Source of the DNA: Octopus sinensis
Taxonomy: Eukaryota
Reading direction: 5' to 3'
Assembly (NCBI RefSeq): GCF_006345805.1
Contig: NC_043003.1
Span: 3,844,001 to 3,908,000 of the forward strand
DNA: 64,000 bases
Every line of letters begins with the position of its first letter. The first letter of the stretch is position 1. This document shows, in pieces, positions 63,602 through 64,000 of this stretch. The notes below the pieces were generated by a model, which saw nothing but the letters and a program-made list of their open reading frames with translations, was not told where the DNA came from and did no database searches. Position numbers and translations under genes: made by a program.

Positions 63602-64000
63602 ATGTGTGCGTGTGTTATAATCTCTTATATAAAATCCGTTCTGTCTGTCTGTGTGTCTTCTCGGATCTCGGGTATCCTCCATCCGATTGCGCTCAAATTT
63701 GATATGTAGATACCGACGGTATCAGGGCGTGTATAAATCTTGAAAACATTATAAAAATCGATTCCAGGTGAGAATGCGATCGACAAAGCCGTTTTTGTCC
63801 TGCTTTTCTTCTGTTAACCTGTACATAACTGCACCTTCCATTTTTGTTGTTGTTTTTGTACTGCTTAAAGGCACGTTTCTTTCCTGCCAAGCTTACTGTT
63901 TAAACCATGTTTGTGTTCTCCCAGTCAACAGCCTTATCATTTCTGGTACTTTAAACTCTTCGGTTGCATATTTGTGAAAATAAAATCGTTTTTCTTTGGA

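Overview
AT-rich animal genomic DNA saturated with microsatellites ((TA)n, (TG)n, (TACA)n, (GATA)n and compound triplets) and short interspersed repeats. The repeat repertoire is most consistent with a coleoid cephalopod, probably Octopus; this is an inference, not a database result. Nearly all entries in the ORF track are microsatellite or antisense artefacts. The window holds many tRNA-derived SINEs of four families, decayed LINE fragments (RTE, CR1, and R4/Dong/Hero-like with a restriction-like endonuclease), one full-length but dead DD37D (maT-type) Tc1/mariner element, hAT and pogo-like MITEs, Helitron/Helentron-like non-autonomous elements, and two local fold-back duplications. A few plausible small + strand exons of an unidentified gene lie at about 43.0, 49.7-50.4 and 57.4 kb, and several decayed coding relics are present. 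The main finding is a dense set of minimal type I hammerhead-ribozyme motifs in Penelope-like-element relics, spanning at least six unrelated sequence families. These include canonical cores (14349, 24648, 39408, 7209), a family with a compensatory G3:C8 swap of the catalytic core pair, a family with A6U, and a U4C-like variant. Most have short palindromic stem III sequences, as expected for dimer-cleaving hammerheads. No rRNA, bona fide tRNA gene or CRISPR array is supported. Repeat boundaries are approximate (tens of bp) unless a TSD or TIR is quoted.
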